From contig CAXXHB010000003.1 of assembly GCA_963664815.2 (NCBI GenBank), forward strand, positions 1-64,000: a stretch of 64,000 nt of DNA. The letters run 5' to 3'. Each line of letters begins with the position of its first letter. Position 1 is the first letter of the stretch. Shown in pieces: positions 60,180 to 64,000 of the stretch. The position numbers and the translations under genes are program-made. The notes under the pieces are model-generated. The model saw only the letters and a list, made by a program, of their open reading frames with translations. It was not told where the DNA came from and made no database searches. The stretch comes from Spirochaetota bacterium (GTDB lineage Bacteria; Spirochaetota; UBA4802; UBA5550).

Positions 60180-60992
60180 ATGGCAGGTACGGGAAGTATA
60201 GTTGAATCAGTAATTGAATTCTGCAGAAATGCCGGTGTTATTCTTATGTCCGGTTTCAGGTCGGATGACACAGTGATCAGTTATAAAAGCAGGACTGATA
60301 TTGTTACAAATATTGATAATGAATCGGAAGAATATATTGTTTCCGCTATACGTGACAGGTTTGCCGGTCATTCAATAGTTGCAGAAGAGGGGAGGGGAGA
60401 AAAGACAAATAATGAATTTATATGGTATATTGACCCTCTTGATGCTACTAATAATTTTGCCCATGGTATACCCTTTTTCTGCGTTTCGATCGGAGTTTAC
60501 TCCCGTGTGGAGAGAGGGATAATCTGTGGTGCGGTATTTGATCCGTATCACAGGGAGATGTTCCATGCAGAGAAGGGTAAAGGAGCTTTCTGTAATGGAG
60601 AGCGGATTAAGGTTTCCGGTATTTCAGGTCTGGGGAAGTCTCTTCTTGCAACAGGTTTTCCTTATGCGAAGGATGATATGGAGAGAAACAACCTGATTGA
60701 GTTCAACCGGTTTCTTCCCGGGATTCAATGCATCAGGAGAATGGGATCTGCCGCTCTTGATTTATGCTATGTCGCATCAGGGAGAATAGATGGGTACTGG
60801 GAACCTCTCCTGAAACCATGGGATACGGCAGCAGGAAGTCTGATTGTACAGGAAGCGGGCGGAATTGTTACAAAATACAACGGGGGGGATTATGATCCTG
60901 AATATCCCGAAATTCTTGCATCAAACGGGCTTCTTCACCGTGATATGATTGAAATTTTAACTTCCGGAGATTCTGTTATTCATGGAGTATGA
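60180..60992 (+). CDS. suhB: Inositol monophosphatase family protein
   Basis: WYIDPLDATNNF, RRMGSAALD, PWDTAAG. Confidence 0.9.
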   Translation: MAGTGSIVESVIEFCRNAGVILMSGFRSDDTVISYKSRTDIVTNIDNESEEYIVSAIRDRFAGHSIVAEEGRGEKTNNEFIWYIDPLDATNNFAHGIPFFCVSIGVYSRVERGIICGAVFDPYHREMFHAEKGKGAFCNGERIKVSGISGLGKSLLATGFPYAKDDMERNNLIEFNRFLPGIQCIRRMGSAALDLCYVASGRIDGYWEPLLKPWDTAAGSLIVQEAGGIVTKYNGGDYDPEYPEILASNGLLHRDMIEILTSGDSVIHGV

Positions 60993-62268
60993 AGTAAAAC
61001 CACGGTTTTATACAGTTGCCGAGATCAATGGTTTGATAAAGTCAGAAGTGGAAAACAATCCATATCTCGGAAGCATATGGGTTAAAGGAGAGGTATATAA
61101 CCTGACTTATCACTCATCAGGTCATATTTATTTTACCCTCAAGGATGACAACGCTTCTATATCTGCGGTTTTTTTCAAGTACGCTAATAAAAATTTAAAG
61201 TTCAGGTTTGAAGAGGGGATGAAGGTTCTCGTTTTCGGCGGTATAACTGTTTTTGAAAAAAGAGGGAGCTACCAGCTTAATGTTCTTCAGGCAAGGCCTG
61301 AGGGTGTTGGTGAGCTTCAGAAAAGAATAGAACAGCTGAGAAAAAAACTAAATGATGAAGGTCTCTTTGATAAGTCAAAGAAAAAGGAACTCCCGTTTCT
61401 TCCTGCCCGGCTTGGGATTGTTACATCTCCAACAGGCGCCGCAGTGCGGGATATAATAAAGGTCGCCCTGAGAAGATATCCTAACATCGAAATAATTATT
61501 TCACCGGCGAAAGTACAGGGTGACGATGCTGCCGAATCTATTGAAACTGCAATAAACGAACTGAATAAACCCGGGTGGAATATTGATGTAATCATTGCGG
61601 GAAGAGGAGGGGGGTCGTTTGAAGATCTTATGCCTTTTAATGAAGAGAATGTTGTACGGGCTTTTGCCGGATCAAGAGTCCCGATTATTTCCGCCGTGGG
61701 ACACCAGATAGATCATCCCTTATGTGACGATGCGGCCGATGTGGCTGCCCCGACGCCTTCAGCAGCGGCTGAACTTGCTATACCTGTGAAGACCGACATC
61801 ATCAGTGAAATTGAGTATATGAAAACAAGAATTAACAACTCGCTTTTAAACAGGTATACAGGTTACAGAACTTCATTACAGAATATAATGTCTAAAAAAA
61901 TATTCAGGGATCCCTATGAAATATTAAATTCCAGGCAGATGATCCTTTCAGACATAGAAAAAAGTATGCTTTACAGGATGAAACAACGGGTTTCAGGTCT
62001 CCGGGAAAAATTTTTAACGCTGCCGGATATCCCCGGACTTCATAAAAAAATAATCGTTGAGAAAAGTCACAATCTTGAGCTTCTTGTTCAGAAGCTGGAT
62101 AATCTCTCTCCGCTGAATATAATGCTGAGAGGGTTTTCTATTGTACTTGATAGAAATAAAAAAATAATAAAATCTGTTGAAAAAATAAAACATGGTGATA
62201 CAGTCAATATAAGATTTACTGATGGCAGCGCGACGGCTGTAATTGATTCAGTCAACAAGGAGAAATAG
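60982..62268 (+). CDS. xseA: Exodeoxyribonuclease VII large subunit
   Basis: SGHIYFTLKD, RGGGSFEDL, SAVGH, APTPSAAAE, LSP. Confidence 0.96.
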   Translation: MEYEVKPRFYTVAEINGLIKSEVENNPYLGSIWVKGEVYNLTYHSSGHIYFTLKDDNASISAVFFKYANKNLKFRFEEGMKVLVFGGITVFEKRGSYQLNVLQARPEGVGELQKRIEQLRKKLNDEGLFDKSKKKELPFLPARLGIVTSPTGAAVRDIIKVALRRYPNIEIIISPAKVQGDDAAESIETAINELNKPGWNIDVIIAGRGGGSFEDLMPFNEENVVRAFAGSRVPIISAVGHQIDHPLCDDAADVAAPTPSAAAELAIPVKTDIISEIEYMKTRINNSLLNRYTGYRTSLQNIMSKKIFRDPYEILNSRQMILSDIEKSMLYRMKQRVSGLREKFLTLPDIPGLHKKIIVEKSHNLELLVQKLDNLSPLNIMLRGFSIVLDRNKKIIKSVEKIKHGDTVNIRFTDGSATAVIDSVNKEK

Positions 62269-62565
62269 GTGGAGAAAGAGAGAAAAGTCCCGCAAAAAAC
62301 AAGTTTTGAAGATGCCCTCCGTGAACTGGAGGAAGTGGCAGATAAACTCGAGGGGAATGACCTGGGGCTTGATGAATCAATCAGGGAGTTTGAAAAAGGG
62401 ATAAAACTCGCGCGGTACTGTCAGCAAAAACTTGAAGAGGCGGAAAGAAAAATTGAGATTCTCCAGAAGGGGGATGATGGTGAAATAAAACCTGGCAGGG
62501 TTGCTGTTAAAAATGACACCGGAGAGATTGAAGACGGAGAGGAGCTCCAGGGATCGCTTATATAA
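62269..62565 (+). CDS. xseB: Exodeoxyribonuclease VII small subunit
   Basis: SFEDAL.ELE....LE...L.LDESI..FE.G. Confidence 0.93.
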   Translation: MEKERKVPQKTSFEDALRELEEVADKLEGNDLGLDESIREFEKGIKLARYCQQKLEEAERKIEILQKGDDGEIKPGRVAVKNDTGEIEDGEELQGSLI

Positions 62566-62578
62566 GAAAGGGAATAAT

Positions 62579-62956
62579 ATGAAAAAAATATTTATTTATT
62601 CAGTCATATGCGTGCTGATGGCTGGTTGCTCAAAAAGTGATGCTGTTAAATTCTGCGAAGGTGTTGATATTGACGGGAAAGGAGTCAGCTGCGGAAAAAA
62701 ATTTACTACAGGTGATCTTACCGGAGTAATTAAACAGAGTAAACCTTTTGAGACCGAACTTCTGGATTTGAAGGTTATGCGTATTGAAAAAAATTCAAAA
62801 ATTGTAGAAAAGATCATTCATCTTAAAGTAGAAAGGGACAAAAGCACAGCCAATACTCCGCTTTCATTTTATAACAGCGGGCAATATGTGGTTGAACTTT
62901 TTAAAGATAACGAAAAGCTTGGAGAAGGAAAAATAGAAGTAACTGATCTATACTGA
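62579..62956 (+). CDS. Hypothetical lipoprotein
   Basis: ATG 62579, MKK signal, lipobox MAGC. Confidence 0.8.
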   Translation: MKKIFIYSVICVLMAGCSKSDAVKFCEGVDIDGKGVSCGKKFTTGDLTGVIKQSKPFETELLDLKVMRIEKNSKIVEKIIHLKVERDKSTANTPLSFYNSGQYVVELFKDNEKLGEGKIEVTDLY

Positions 62957-62960
62957 TCAG

Positions 62961-63452
62961 TTACCCGTTTATATTTGCGAGTTTTTTCCTGTCCTCCATG
63001 TATACTACTATCACAAGAAGCAGAGCGCCGGCTATTATAACTGAATCAGCTATATTAAAGGTCGGCCACCTGTAAACGCCGTCGACTCCGATTGAGATAA
63101 AATCTACAACACCAGGCCTTCCCGGTATCAGCCTGTCATAGATATTTCCTGCTGCTCCGCCGATGATAAGTGCCATGGCGATTCTGAATAAGGCCGGCAT
63201 ATGCTTTTCATAAAAGTAGTAGGCAATCATTATAAGAAGAACAATGGCCGAAACGATCAGAAAAAAATGTTTGTACCCCTGCATTATGCCGAATACTCCA
63301 CCCTGATTGTAGGTAAGGTCAAAACGAAAAAACCCTCCTAAAAAATCGATCCTGTTATAAAAACCGAGGTGCCCTAGAGCCATATTTTTTGTTATAAGAT
63401 CTGCGGCAAATGCGGCAGCAACGGTAAATGCGGGTATAATATGCTTTTTCAT
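62961..63452 (-). CDS. lspA: Lipoprotein signal peptidase II
   Basis: N.GG.FG, GNIYDR, VVDFI, WPTFNIADS. Confidence 0.95.
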   Translation of the reverse strand: MKKHIIPAFTVAAAFAADLITKNMALGHLGFYNRIDFLGGFFRFDLTYNQGGVFGIMQGYKHFFLIVSAIVLLIMIAYYFYEKHMPALFRIAMALIIGGAAGNIYDRLIPGRPGVVDFISIGVDGVYRWPTFNIADSVIIAGALLLVIVVYMEDRKKLANING

Positions 63453-63464
63453 TTTTTTTCCTGG

Positions 63465-64000
63465 TTAAATTTTTTTTACAACAGTTGTACATCTTTCACA
63501 AAGTTCCGGATGTTCAGCATCGCTTCCCAGCTTTTCGAAAAAGTTCCAGCATCGGATGCATTTCTTTCCTTCACTTTTTGATGCGGCTATTGATGATGAA
63601 TCGTAAGGAGTAAGCCCGCTATCAGAGTCAGTTAATATAACCTTCGCCACCTGGAGGAATCTGCGGAGCTCATCCCCCATCCCTCTCATCAGAGCCCGGG
63701 TTGATTCATCCTTTACGAAAATCTTTATATCAGCTTCAAGAGATGCTTTAATTGTCTTGTCGCGTCTCAGATCTTCAAGGGCTTTAAGGACATCTTTTTT
63801 TATTTCAGCAATCTGGTTTATACGGTCATGGATTTCAGCATTGTTATATTTCTGATCAAGCTGGTAATACTTTTCCATATGCACAGAACCTTTTGATCCC
63901 ATAAATGTCCATATCTCTTCAGTAGTAAATGAAAGGACAGGGGCGATAAGTCTTACTATTGTATTGTAAATCTCGCTTAATACAGTGAGATTCGCCCTTC
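63465..64000 (-). CDS. ileS: Isoleucyl-tRNA synthetase, 3' end (runs off window)
   Basis: APVLSFTTEEIW, KCIRCW...LCERC zinc finger; ileS-lspA order. Confidence 0.93.
   Translation of the reverse strand, partial: RANLTVLSEIYNTIVRLIAPVLSFTTEEIWTFMGSKGSVHMEKYYQLDQKYNNAEIHDRINQIAEIKKDVLKALEDLRRDKTIKASLEADIKIFVKDESTRALMRGMGDELRRFLQVAKVILTDSDSGLTPYDSSSIAASKSEGKKCIRCWNFFEKLGSDAEHPELCERCTTVVKKI

Noticed and set aside
62501-62578. N-terminal extension of the lipoprotein (and likewise 52797-52826 for queD)
   Set aside because: RBS position and signal peptide favour the downstream ATGs at 62579 and 52827.
3621-62817. Numerous antisense or nested ORFs in the track (e.g. 3621-4241, 19139-19678, 46047-46673, 48318-48737)
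   Set aside because: They overlap well-supported genes on the opposite strand or frame and show no recognisable motifs or RBS.
1-64000. tRNA, rRNA, prophage or integrase genes
   Set aside because: No cloverleaf, rRNA signature or phage/integrase ORF was recognised by eye; a tRNAscan/Infernal run would be needed to exclude them fully.

Overview
AT-rich bacterial chromosomal segment, most likely from a Spirochaetota genome. This is an inference from a LipL45/FecR-like lipoprotein, a membrane-anchored AraC regulator, a 7TM-DISM receptor and sigma-28-type promoters. Most of the window is housekeeping and signalling: typA, copA/copZ, pth, putP, polA, tsaA, a complete aroF-B-D-E/K-A-C-pheA-tyrA operon, rlpA, queD, rdgB, nth, suhB, xseAB, lspA and the 3' end of ileS. 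An accessory patch at about 9.7-16.0 kb carries a small GIY-YIG nuclease embedded in nested, covarying REP-like palindromes, an MNT/HEPN pair with a deleted toxin, an AlbA_2/HATPase protein and a nickel-SOD cassette. The strongest signals not explained by the ORF track are: (1) the GIY-YIG/palindrome locus, which looks like a REP/REPIN system served by a GIY-YIG nuclease instead of a RAYT; (2) an unannotated 37-aa leader peptide with an alternating Phe/Tyr run plus terminator/antiterminator controlling the whole shikimate operon; (3) an ECF-sigma promoter with no downstream gene, pointing to an anti-Shine-Dalgarno sRNA; (4) two further structured intergenic RNA candidates; (5) two apparent pseudoenzymes and several internally deleted gene remnants. 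No rRNA, tRNA or CRISPR array was recognised. All calls are by eye; no searches were run.
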